Below are positions 15,907 to 23,887 of a stretch of 29,368 nucleotides of DNA, piece after piece. Made by a program: the position numbers and the translations under genes. Position 1 is the stretch's first letter, and each line of letters opens with the position of its first letter. The stretch covers positions 1-29,368 of the IMG/VR virus record IMGVR_UViG_3300025839_000361. One strand, 5' to 3'. The notes below the pieces were generated by a model that worked only from the letters and a program-made list of their open reading frames with translations, did not search any database and was not told the origin of the DNA. Origin of the DNA: a virus. Taxonomy: Duplodnaviria; Caudoviricetes.

Positions 15907-17328
15907 ATGCCCAGCGCCAATATCGCTTTTGACAACATCCCGTCCAGCATCCGCAAGCCGGGCAAGTATTTTGAATTCAACACCAAGCTGGCGGTGCGCA
16001 CGCTGCCGGGCAATCTGCAAAAAACCCTGATCGTCGGACAAAAGCTGGCAACAGGCACGGTGCTGGCCAACACGGTGGTGGAGGTATTTTCTGACACGGA
16101 TGCCGCGACTTTCTTCGGGCGTGGCTCAGTCGCTCACCTGATGGCGCGCTCGGCGTTGCAGGCGAATGCCTATCTGGCGCTTTCGATGATCGCGCTGGAC
16201 GATGCAGGTGGCTCTGTCGTGGCGACGGGTACGGTGACGCTGACCGGCCCCGCTGCTGCCGGTGGTGTCGTTACACTGAACATCGGCGACCAGTCCGTTG
16301 TCGTGGCCGTCACGGCAGCCGATACGGCGACGGTGATTGCCGCTGCGCTGGTGGCGCAGATCGCCAAGCAGCCTGATCTGCCGGTGACCGCTGCTGCCGC
16401 GTTAGGCGTGGTGACGCTGACCGCCAAGAACAAGGGCACGCTGGGCAATGGTCTGAAAGTGAGTGCGGTGGCTGCGGCCACGGGGGTGACGGCTGCCGTG
16501 GTGGCAATGGCTAACGGTGCGACTGACCCGACGATTGCGACTGCGCTGGCGACCGTATTTGCCGCTGGCCACAATATCCTGATCAGTGCCTGGAACGATC
16601 AGGCCAGCCTGACCGCATTGCGCACCCATCTGGATGCGGTCTCCGGCCCGCTGGAACAACGCGGTGCGGTCGGCATCTTCGCGCATACCGGTACGCTGGC
16701 GGCCAGTACCACGCTGGCCGGCCTGATCAACAGCGGGCGCATCAGCGGCTTGCTGGTGGCGAATGGCTATGAAGCCAGCTATGAGGTGGCGGCGGCTTAT
16801 GGCGCGGTGGTGGCCAGCGAGGAAGACCCGGCGCGCCCGCTCAACAGCTTGCCGCTGACCGGCATCAGCGCGCCCCCGCTGGCTAATCGCCTGGGACGTG
16901 TCGAGCAGGAAAACGCGCTGTACAACGGCATCACCCCCTCTGAGGTCGGCCCCGGCGAAAAGGTGCAGATCGTGCGCGCCATCACCACTTATATGCTCGA
17001 CCCGCAAGGGGTGCCGGACATTTCGATGCTGGATTTGACCACCATCCGCACGCTGGACTATGTGCGAAAAGCCTGCCGCGAGCGCATCAGCCTGCGCTTC
17101 CCGCGTGAAAAGTTATCCGCCCGTACCCCGGACAAGGTGCGTTCCGAACTGCTCGACGTGCTGTACAAGCTCGAAGAGCTGGAGATCGTGCAGAACGTGG
17201 GGCTGTGGAAAGGCCAGCTGCTCGTCGAACGCGACCTGCAAGACCCGAACCGGCTGGACGCGAAGATTCCGACCAACGTGGTGAACGGCTTGCATGTGTT
17301 CGCCGGGCGGATTGATCTGTATCTGTAA
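15907..17328 (+). CDS. Contractile tail sheath protein (Mu gpL-like)
   Basis: F..IP.SIRKPG.YFEFN, FG.GS..H.M, EEDPARPL..L.L, I.RAITTY, VNGLHVFA. Confidence 0.93.
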   Translation: MPSANIAFDNIPSSIRKPGKYFEFNTKLAVRTLPGNLQKTLIVGQKLATGTVLANTVVEVFSDTDAATFFGRGSVAHLMARSALQANAYLALSMIALDDAGGSVVATGTVTLTGPAAAGGVVTLNIGDQSVVVAVTAADTATVIAAALVAQIAKQPDLPVTAAAALGVVTLTAKNKGTLGNGLKVSAVAAATGVTAAVVAMANGATDPTIATALATVFAAGHNILISAWNDQASLTALRTHLDAVSGPLEQRGAVGIFAHTGTLAASTTLAGLINSGRISGLLVANGYEASYEVAAAYGAVVASEEDPARPLNSLPLTGISAPPLANRLGRVEQENALYNGITPSEVGPGEKVQIVRAITTYMLDPQGVPDISMLDLTTIRTLDYVRKACRERISLRFPREKLSARTPDKVRSELLDVLYKLEELEIVQNVGLWKGQLLVERDLQDPNRLDAKIPTNVVNGLHVFAGRIDLYL

Positions 17329-17360
17329 ATCCCCCCAACCCCCCTTTTTCAAAGGGGGGC
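17327..17360. repeat. C/G-run palindromic element, truncated copy 4 (sheath-tube intergenic)
   Basis: AAATCCCCCCAACCCCCCTTTTTCAAAGGGGGGC; starts within the sheath stop codon. Confidence 0.8.
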
Positions 17361-17379
17361 TACCTTTAGGAGACGAAAA

Positions 17380-17754
17380 ATGGCTTTGAAAGAGTATTTA
17401 GGCGCGATTGTGCTGGAAGTGAACGGGGTTGAGGTCGGGGTGGAAAGCCTGGACGTGACCAAGAAGACCGGGCGCAAGCTGGTCAAAACCATGAACCGCA
17501 GCGGTCGCCCGGCAGGCTTCGCCAAGGGCGTGGAAGAAATTGACCTGAAGGTGTCGGTGGTGATCCCCCTGCTGGGCGATATGGACTGGGCAGCCATCGA
17601 GGGCGCGAAACTGACGGTGTACCCCACCGCCCCCGGCGGCCGTCGCACCAGTTATCTGGATTGCTTCACGCTGGACGTGGGCGAGAAGTATGGCACGGAT
17701 AGCGAGGCCAAGCGCGATTTGAGCATGGCCTGTTTGCGCGAGGTGATCGAATGA
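17380..17754 (+). CDS. Tail tube protein
   Basis: 124-aa beta-rich protein directly after the sheath; AGGAG SD. Confidence 0.8.
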   Translation: MALKEYLGAIVLEVNGVEVGVESLDVTKKTGRKLVKTMNRSGRPAGFAKGVEEIDLKVSVVIPLLGDMDWAAIEGAKLTVYPTAPGGRRTSYLDCFTLDVGEKYGTDSEAKRDLSMACLREVIE

Positions 17755-18068
17755 GTGCTGAACTCAAGGAAGTGGGCGAGCTGCTGGTCGGTGTCGAGGT
17801 GGATGGCGTACTGCACAGCGATTTTGTGTTGCGCCCGCGCCTGGTGCGCGATTCGATCCGTGTCATGGCCGATGAGCAGGCCCAACAGAATGATGCCTAT
17901 CGCGGCGTGGCGCTGATCGCGTGTCAGATTGTAAAGCTAGGTGAGCTGAGTTCGGCTCAAATTACCACTGAACTGCTGCTGTCCATGTTTGATGCAGATC
18001 TGGCGGTCATCATGGCAGCTAATGGTCGCCTGGAGGGGCGGCTGCAAAGCTTTCGAGCAAAAACTTAA
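17751..18068 (+). CDS. Tail assembly chaperone
   Basis: Position between tube and tape measure; overlapped by a downstream open frame. Confidence 0.75.
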   Translation: MSAELKEVGELLVGVEVDGVLHSDFVLRPRLVRDSIRVMADEQAQQNDAYRGVALIACQIVKLGELSSAQITTELLLSMFDADLAVIMAANGRLEGRLQSFRAKT

Positions 18069-18264
18069 AAATTACCGGCACCTCCATCTGGCGCTGGTCA
18101 AGATCGGGGTGCCGTGGCATACGGCCTTGGAGATGAGTGAGACTGAGGCGGGGGCGTATCTGGATGCGTTTGCGCAATTGAACGGGCTTAAAAAGAAGGG
18201 GGATTCCGGTGTTTCTCAGCAACGCTATCTCTCCAAGCGTCAACCGCCAAAAACCCACCCGTAA
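18052..18264 (+). CDS. Putative frameshift extension of the tail assembly chaperone
   Basis: Open +1 frame FEQKLKNYRHLHLALVKIGVPWHTALEMSETEAGAYLDAF... with no convincing SD of its own. Confidence 0.6.
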   Translation, partial: FEQKLKNYRHLHLALVKIGVPWHTALEMSETEAGAYLDAFAQLNGLKKKGDSGVSQQRYLSKRQPPKTHP

Positions 18265-18397
18265 GCGCCGCACAAACTACGGCATAAAAACCTTCCTGAC
18301 CTTGGGGTGCAAGGACAAACCCCACCGCCGCAGCCAGTAGTAAAAGCGCCAGCACGGCCAGTATTTGACCTATCTGGCAGACCCGCAATAAATACAT
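18188..18397 (-). CDS. Small antisense membrane protein (two hydrophobic helices)
   Basis: ILAVLALLLLAAAVGFVLA and FYAVVCAALTGGFLAV; occupies the chaperone-TMP gap. Start is 18397 or 18415. Confidence 0.55.
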   Translation of the reverse strand: MYLLRVCQIGQILAVLALLLLAAAVGFVLAPQGQEGFYAVVCAALTGGFLAVDAWRDSVAEKHRNPPSF

Positions 18398-18413
18398 AAG
18401 CCAGGGATTTTTC

Positions 18414-20264
18414 ATGTCAACAACGCTCGCTCTCATGTTGCAAATCACTGCCGCAAACGGCGCGGCCGGGGTGCTGGGTGGACTGCGAAAAAGTCTAACT
18501 GATATGGGGCGGATCAGCAAGGATACCGCCGCTCATTTTGATGCCATGACGCGCTCTTTGCAGCGCGCAGGTACGGCATTTGCGGTGAGCGCCTATATTG
18601 GCAGCAAGATGAAGCCCGGGGTGCAAGCAGCTGCCGATCTGGAAGAATCCATGAACCGGGTAAAAGGCAATATCGCGCAGGTTGGCGACAAGGCCGACGA
18701 TCTGGCTGCCAAACTTGCGAAGGTGCGGGATACCGGGCGCGAGGTCTCCAAGGTGATGCCGTATTCATCCAAGGAGATCGTCAATATTCAGGGCGATATG
18801 CTCAAGGCCGGTGTGCCATTGGAGGCCGTCGCAGGCTCACATGGCGCGGCCTATTCCGCAGCTGGTCTGGCGAGTATTTCCGGCACTGACCCAAAGGATG
18901 TCGGCGATATGCTGGCGCGTATCGGAAAACAGTACAATTTCAAACCGGAAGATTACCAACACGCTGCCGACCTGTTGGCGAAGGGGGAAGCTGCCTCGCC
19001 TGGTTCGTTGCAAGAGTTGATGTATTCGCTCAAGCAATTTGGTTCGACTGCTGCGCTGCTGAGCGTATCGTTTAAGGATTCAGTCACAATGGCCGCTGCA
19101 ATGGCACCGTTAGGCTACGAGGCCGGTACCGCAGTTAACCGTTATATGCTGGATTCTGTCGGGTTAACACCCAAGCAGCGCGAATCAATGACTGAACTTG
19201 GCCTGGCAAACACCAAAGACGGTAAGTGGAATAATCTGTTGTACAAGGAGGGTAAGTATATTGGCCTCGACGCTGAAAACGCGATGGTGCACAAGCAGTT
19301 TGGCAAAATTAGCGACACCGGTGCCAAGGCCAGGCTAGCACATGATATCTGGGGGCAGGAAGGGATGCGCGCCGCGCTGATGGTCGGTGGCGAAGGTGAT
19401 CTGTTTGTAGGCATGCAAAAGCAGATGGATACATCTCTCGGCCTGGAAGAGCGCATGACCGTGACGATGAATGGTTTTAACATGGCCACCAAGGCGGCTG
19501 CGGGCACGGTGCAAACGCTGCTGGCAACGGCATTTACACCCGCCCTGGATAAGGCAACGGTTTTGGCCAACAAGGTAAACGACATTGCCGATGCCGGGGC
19601 GCAAGGGCTGGATAATCACAAACAGGCGAATAACTGGATGGTGGGCGGGATAGCTACCGCCGCAGTAGGCATCGCAGGTTATGGGCTTTTCAACCTATTA
19701 AAAGGCTTTGGTAGCGGCGCAAAAGCACTCAAGGGGTTTTTGGGTGGAGGCGCATCCCTCGCGGGCGGTATCGCCGAAGGTAAGGCGATCCAGGCGGCAA
19801 CCGGGGTTACGCCGGTATTTGTGACCAATTTTGCACAGATGCAGAGCGGTGGCGGGGCAGGTACGGCAACCGATCTAGCGGCCACTGCTGCTGCGGCATC
19901 ATCTGTACCGGGGCTGCTCAAAACCGTGGCGACTGGCGCAAAATTGCTTGCCTATTCTACCCTGCCAGAAATTGCCGCATTGGGCGCAGGCGCAGCGGCA
20001 ACAGCCACCGCAATGGTGGCCGGTGCAGGTGTTGTCGGTTATGGTATTGGGGCGGCAGTGGAGTCTTTAGGGTCTTATGCCACCAAGGGGACGCGTATGG
20101 AGGGCTGGATGACCGAACACCTCGGTGGCATGATGGCTAAAATTGCCGCGTATTTCGGCAGCAAGGAAGCCCAGCAGGCACTGGAAGTCAATCTGCATCT
20201 GGATGGTGAGAAGATCACCCAGGTGGTCACCGGTAAAATCAACCGGGAAGCCCGCCGCAACTAA
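18414..20264 (+). CDS. Tail tape measure protein
   Basis: 616-aa Ala/Gly-rich helical protein; AA.LE..M..V, VTPVFVTN motif; gene order. Confidence 0.9.
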   Translation: MSTTLALMLQITAANGAAGVLGGLRKSLTDMGRISKDTAAHFDAMTRSLQRAGTAFAVSAYIGSKMKPGVQAAADLEESMNRVKGNIAQVGDKADDLAAKLAKVRDTGREVSKVMPYSSKEIVNIQGDMLKAGVPLEAVAGSHGAAYSAAGLASISGTDPKDVGDMLARIGKQYNFKPEDYQHAADLLAKGEAASPGSLQELMYSLKQFGSTAALLSVSFKDSVTMAAAMAPLGYEAGTAVNRYMLDSVGLTPKQRESMTELGLANTKDGKWNNLLYKEGKYIGLDAENAMVHKQFGKISDTGAKARLAHDIWGQEGMRAALMVGGEGDLFVGMQKQMDTSLGLEERMTVTMNGFNMATKAAAGTVQTLLATAFTPALDKATVLANKVNDIADAGAQGLDNHKQANNWMVGGIATAAVGIAGYGLFNLLKGFGSGAKALKGFLGGGASLAGGIAEGKAIQAATGVTPVFVTNFAQMQSGGGAGTATDLAATAAAASSVPGLLKTVATGAKLLAYSTLPEIAALGAGAAATATAMVAGAGVVGYGIGAAVESLGSYATKGTRMEGWMTEHLGGMMAKIAAYFGSKEAQQALEVNLHLDGEKITQVVTGKINREARRN

Positions 20265-20273
20265 TTTTCCCGC

Positions 20274-20434
20274 TTGGAGTGAGCAGTCTCGACTGCGCCT
20301 GGCAGCGACATGCCGGTGCCGGAACAAAAGTTTTATGTGCCGCTGCACACCATAACGCAACCGAGGTTGCGTACTCCATAGGAAGATATTCCGCCTTAAC
20401 TGCCCTCCCATGCGCGCGTAAGCTGCGCACATGG
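20274..20434 (+). repeat. 161-bp direct repeat, copy 1 (REP-doublet-like element 20276-20377 plus late promoter)
   Basis: Matches 23361-23521 with 5 mismatches by my alignment. Confidence 0.95.
20381..20430 (+). promoter_or_regulatory. Internal late promoter (leaderless) for the DNA circularization gene
   Basis: GGAA-gata-TTCC-GCC-TTAAC-18nt-TAAGCT-6nt-ATG. Confidence 0.7.
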
Positions 20435-21657
20435 CCTGGACAGATACCCTACTTGATGCGACCTTTCGCGGCGTGACGTTTGATTGCGTCAATGCCAGCG
20501 ATGCAGTGCAACGCGCGCTGGTAGAGCACGACTACCCCTATGTGGCCGGCGCGGATGTCGAGGATATGGGCGCACATGCGCGGCATATTTCCTTGCGCGC
20601 GGTGTTCTACGGCGCGGATTATGAAACCCGGATGCAGGCCTTTATCGCGGCGCTGGATGGTGCGGATGAGGCGCTTGCCGCCGCCGACGCGGCGCGGGGC
20701 GGCTGGTTGCAGCATCCGGTGTTCGGCATGATGTTCTGTCAGGTGGCCAGCTATCGGGTGGCGCATGAGGCCGAGACGGTGGACGAGGCACAGCTTGAGA
20801 TCGAGTTCGTCGAATCTACCACTGCCGCACCGTTCTTTGGTAGCGAACTGGCGGTACAGAAGGCGGAAGCGATCACGCAACACGCACAGGCCGCCACCGC
20901 TGCCGCTACGGAGAATATCGGTGCTACGGTAGACCGGATGCGTAACCCGCTGGCGGTGCTGGACGGTCTGCGCAGTGCCTTGATGATGCCGTTGCTGGGG
21001 ATTACCCGCGCCGCTGGCGTGCTGTTGTCCGGGATGGATGTGCTCAGCTTTCCGCGCGCCTGGGGCAATGACATCTCAGCACTGGTGAACGGGATACTCG
21101 ACCTGCGCCAGTTCGGCAGCAATCTGCTGTCCGACTGGGCCAGTATTCAAAACGATCTGAATGCCTTTTCCATCTTCAGTCGCCCGCCGGGCGCATTGCC
21201 TTATAGCCCGGCGGAAGCGGCAGGCATTGCGGCAGTGGCGGCAACGGTGCAGGTGAACACGGCAGCCGGACTGGCCAATGCCGCCGGGTTAGTGCTGGCG
21301 GCGGAAGCGGCGACACCTACGCTGACCCCCACGCAGCTTGAGGCGGTGGCGAATACCGCGCGTGCCGCAATTGAGACTGCGATTGTCCAGGTGCGGGCGG
21401 TATATGGCATCGAGCAGGGGCGCGCGATGACCGAGCCGTTGAAGACGATGGCGCTGGCGGTACAGGAGGCGGCACGCGCCATCATCGTGACCCGTCCGCC
21501 GCTGATCCGGCGCACGGTGGAGGCCGACGGTAATTTCCGGCTGCTGGCGCACCTGTGGTATGGCGATCATAGCCGCGCGCCTGAGCTGTATCGGCTGAAC
21601 GGCGCACGCAGTCCGTTCGTGCGTCAGGGTGAGGTGGTCAATGCCTACGCAAAATAA
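20431..21657 (+). CDS. DNA circularization protein (Mu gpN-like)
   Basis: W...L.DA.FRGV.F, EH.YPY..G..VEDMG, L.HPVFG, LA..WYGD.SRA.EL..LN. Confidence 0.92.
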   Translation: MAWTDTLLDATFRGVTFDCVNASDAVQRALVEHDYPYVAGADVEDMGAHARHISLRAVFYGADYETRMQAFIAALDGADEALAAADAARGGWLQHPVFGMMFCQVASYRVAHEAETVDEAQLEIEFVESTTAAPFFGSELAVQKAEAITQHAQAATAAATENIGATVDRMRNPLAVLDGLRSALMMPLLGITRAAGVLLSGMDVLSFPRAWGNDISALVNGILDLRQFGSNLLSDWASIQNDLNAFSIFSRPPGALPYSPAEAAGIAAVAATVQVNTAAGLANAAGLVLAAEAATPTLTPTQLEAVANTARAAIETAIVQVRAVYGIEQGRAMTEPLKTMALAVQEAARAIIVTRPPLIRRTVEADGNFRLLAHLWYGDHSRAPELYRLNGARSPFVRQGEVVNAYAK

Positions 21658-22804
21658 CCCCCTGCCTGACACTGTCGAGCTGCTGGTCGGCGGCCAGATG
21701 CAGGGCGACTGGTCGGGCTACGAGGTAGATTCCGACCTGCTCACGCCTGCCGATGCCTGGCATGTCACGCTGGGCATGTCCATGAACCTTTTGGCCGGGC
21801 ACCCGTCTGCTGGCCAGATGCCGCCGGATGTGGTCGCCGGTGCGCCGGTGGTGGTCAAGATCAGCGGTGATACGGTGATGACCGGGCGTATTGATGAGGT
21901 CAGCCACCAGGTGACTAAGTCCTCGCATACGCTGACGATCTCCGGGCGCGACGGGGCGGCGGTTTTGCTGGATTGTTCGGCACCGATTTTCACCGCGCAG
22001 ATGGCCAGCTTGCAGGAGATTGTCATCAAGGTGGTGCGCCCGCTGGGGATTACTAAAATCCGCCTGGATGCGGCAGCAATACGAACTCGCGAGAAGATCA
22101 GCGTCGAGCCGGGCGACAGCGCCTGGGATGTGCTGTCCCATGCTGCCGAGGCCAATGGGCTGTGGCCGTGGTTTGAGCCGGATGGCACGCTGGTGATCGG
22201 CGGCCCCGATTACAGTCAACCCGTCTCGGCCACGCTGGTGCTGCGCCGGGACGGGATAGGCAATAACGTGCTGAGCCTGGATAAAACTGAATCGGTCGCG
22301 GAACGCTATTCGCAGGTGACGGTGCTGGGGCAAACCCACAGCACCAGCCTTGAACAGGGTAAAAATGCTTTGCAAGCGACTGAAAAAGATAGTGGCATGA
22401 GCTGGTATCGGCCAAAGATCATCACCGACCATGAGGCTGATAATGCGGCGATTTGTCGCGACCGGGCGCGCAAGCTGATCTCGGACAGTCGCCTGAAGGG
22501 GCTGACGCTGACCGCGACGGTGCAGGGGCATCGCATCACCAGCACGGACGGCGCAGGCAACGGCATGCTGTGGACCCCCGGCCAGCGGATTTATGTGGTG
22601 TCCGAGCCGCATGGCATTGCGGCGATCTATTTCCTGATGGCGCGCAAGTTCACCCGCTCGCGTAACGAGGGCACGCGCACCACGCTGACGCTCAAGGAAG
22701 ACGGTGCCTGGCTGCTGGATGCGCATCCGCACAAGAACAAGCACCGGCGCGGCAAGAACGACAGCACGCCGCACGTGCAAATTTCGGATGCAACCCAGCC
22801 ATGA
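21641..22804 (+). CDS. Baseplate hub (Mu gpP-like)
   Basis: W..Y.VDSDLLTPAD.W, G.ID, SGRD....L.DCS, EPG.S.W, W.PGQR. Confidence 0.9.
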   Translation: MPTQNNPLPDTVELLVGGQMQGDWSGYEVDSDLLTPADAWHVTLGMSMNLLAGHPSAGQMPPDVVAGAPVVVKISGDTVMTGRIDEVSHQVTKSSHTLTISGRDGAAVLLDCSAPIFTAQMASLQEIVIKVVRPLGITKIRLDAAAIRTREKISVEPGDSAWDVLSHAAEANGLWPWFEPDGTLVIGGPDYSQPVSATLVLRRDGIGNNVLSLDKTESVAERYSQVTVLGQTHSTSLEQGKNALQATEKDSGMSWYRPKIITDHEADNAAICRDRARKLISDSRLKGLTLTATVQGHRITSTDGAGNGMLWTPGQRIYVVSEPHGIAAIYFLMARKFTRSRNEGTRTTLTLKEDGAWLLDAHPHKNKHRRGKNDSTPHVQISDATQP

Positions 22805-23358
22805 TCAAGACAGTAGACAACCGTATCCAGCGCGCCCTGAGCGGTATTCGGCTGGCGTTTCGTGGCGTGCTGACGCTGGTGAAATCTGCCGGTGCGGTGC
22901 AGCTGGTGCAGCTCGACGGGATGAGCGGCGAGCAGTTGCAGGACGCGGAGCTTATCCAGCAGTTTGGCTTTACCAGCAATCCACCCGCCGGGACAATGGC
23001 GATTGTGTTGCCGATCGGCGGTAAGACGGCGCACGGCATTGTCATCGCTACCGAACACGGCACGCTGCGTCTGAAAGGCTTGGCTAGCGGCGAGATGGCG
23101 ATCTACAACCAGTGGGGTGATCACGTGACCCTGTCAGCAGACCGGCGCATGAAAGTGGTGTCTTCGCTGGCCGTGGACATCACTACCCCGACCGTTAATA
23201 TGAGCGGCAATCTTAACGTTGCGGGCAGCATCGTGGCGCAGCTGGACATCAGCGACCACGGCAATAAAACGATGCTGGGTATGCGCACAACCTACAACGC
23301 CCATACTCATAGCGACCCGCAAGGCGGTAGCGTCGCGCCAACGGGCAATCAGATGTAA
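22801..23358 (+). CDS. Baseplate spike (Mu gp45 / P2 gpV-like)
   Basis: QFGFTS.PP.G, GE.AIY...G, C-terminal YN.HTH metal-binding motif. Confidence 0.9.
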   Translation: MIKTVDNRIQRALSGIRLAFRGVLTLVKSAGAVQLVQLDGMSGEQLQDAELIQQFGFTSNPPAGTMAIVLPIGGKTAHGIVIATEHGTLRLKGLASGEMAIYNQWGDHVTLSADRRMKVVSSLAVDITTPTVNMSGNLNVAGSIVAQLDISDHGNKTMLGMRTTYNAHTHSDPQGGSVAPTGNQM

Positions 23359-23360
23359 TT

Positions 23361-23521
23361 TTGGAGTGCGCAGCCTCGGCTGCGCCTGGCAGCGTCATGT
23401 CGGTGCCGGAACAAAAGTTTTATGTGCCGCTGCACACCATAACGCAACCGAGGTTGCGTACTCCATAGGAAGATATTCCGCCTTAACTGCCCTCCCATGC
23501 GCGCGTAAGCTGCGCACATGG
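23361..23521 (+). repeat. 161-bp direct repeat, copy 2 (REP-doublet-like element 23363-23464 plus late promoter)
   Basis: Matches 20274-20434. Confidence 0.95.
23468..23517 (+). promoter_or_regulatory. Internal late promoter (leaderless) for the gp46 gene
   Basis: Identical to 20381-20430. Confidence 0.7.
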
Positions 23522-23886
23522 ACATCCTGATCAACCCTCTGACTCAAGATTATTTGCTGCAAGGTGGCGTGTTGAATCACGACCCGGCAGGCGGGCTGGC
23601 GAATAGTTGTTTCATGCGCCTGAGCATTCCGTTGGGCAGCTACTGGGCGGATAAGACGCTGGGTAGTCGCTTACATGAGTTGCAGCGCGAAAAGGACCTT
23701 GCCCGTGTGGCGATTCTCGCCAAACAATACGCCGAAGCGGCACTGGCACCTGTGCTGGCCGCTGGTCGTGCCAGCCGGATCACCGTTACCACGCAGCGTA
23801 CCGCCAGCCGCTTGAGCCTGTTGATCGAGGTGCTGGCCTCAACCGGGCAAACCTTGACCTTCCAACATCCCGTCAGCGTGATCTGA
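23518..23886 (+). CDS. Mu gp46-like baseplate wedge protein
   Basis: GSYWAD.TLGSRL.EL.REK, A.QYAE.AL.P. Confidence 0.88.
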   Translation: MDILINPLTQDYLLQGGVLNHDPAGGLANSCFMRLSIPLGSYWADKTLGSRLHELQREKDLARVAILAKQYAEAALAPVLAAGRASRITVTTQRTASRLSLLIEVLASTGQTLTFQHPVSVI

Positions 23887-23887
23887 T

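Noticed and set aside
18414-20264. Short tape measure suggesting a tailocin
   Set aside because: 616 aa is in the normal range for Mu-like myoviruses, and capsid and protease genes are intact.
20239-20476. Short ORFs over the 161-bp repeats (also 23219-23580)
   Set aside because: They arise from the repeat itself, differ in start and stop between copies, and lack SDs.
21638-22780. 380-aa minus-strand ORF
   Set aside because: Mirror of the baseplate hub gene. Long shadow ORFs are expected opposite GC-rich coding sequence, and it has no recognisable motifs.
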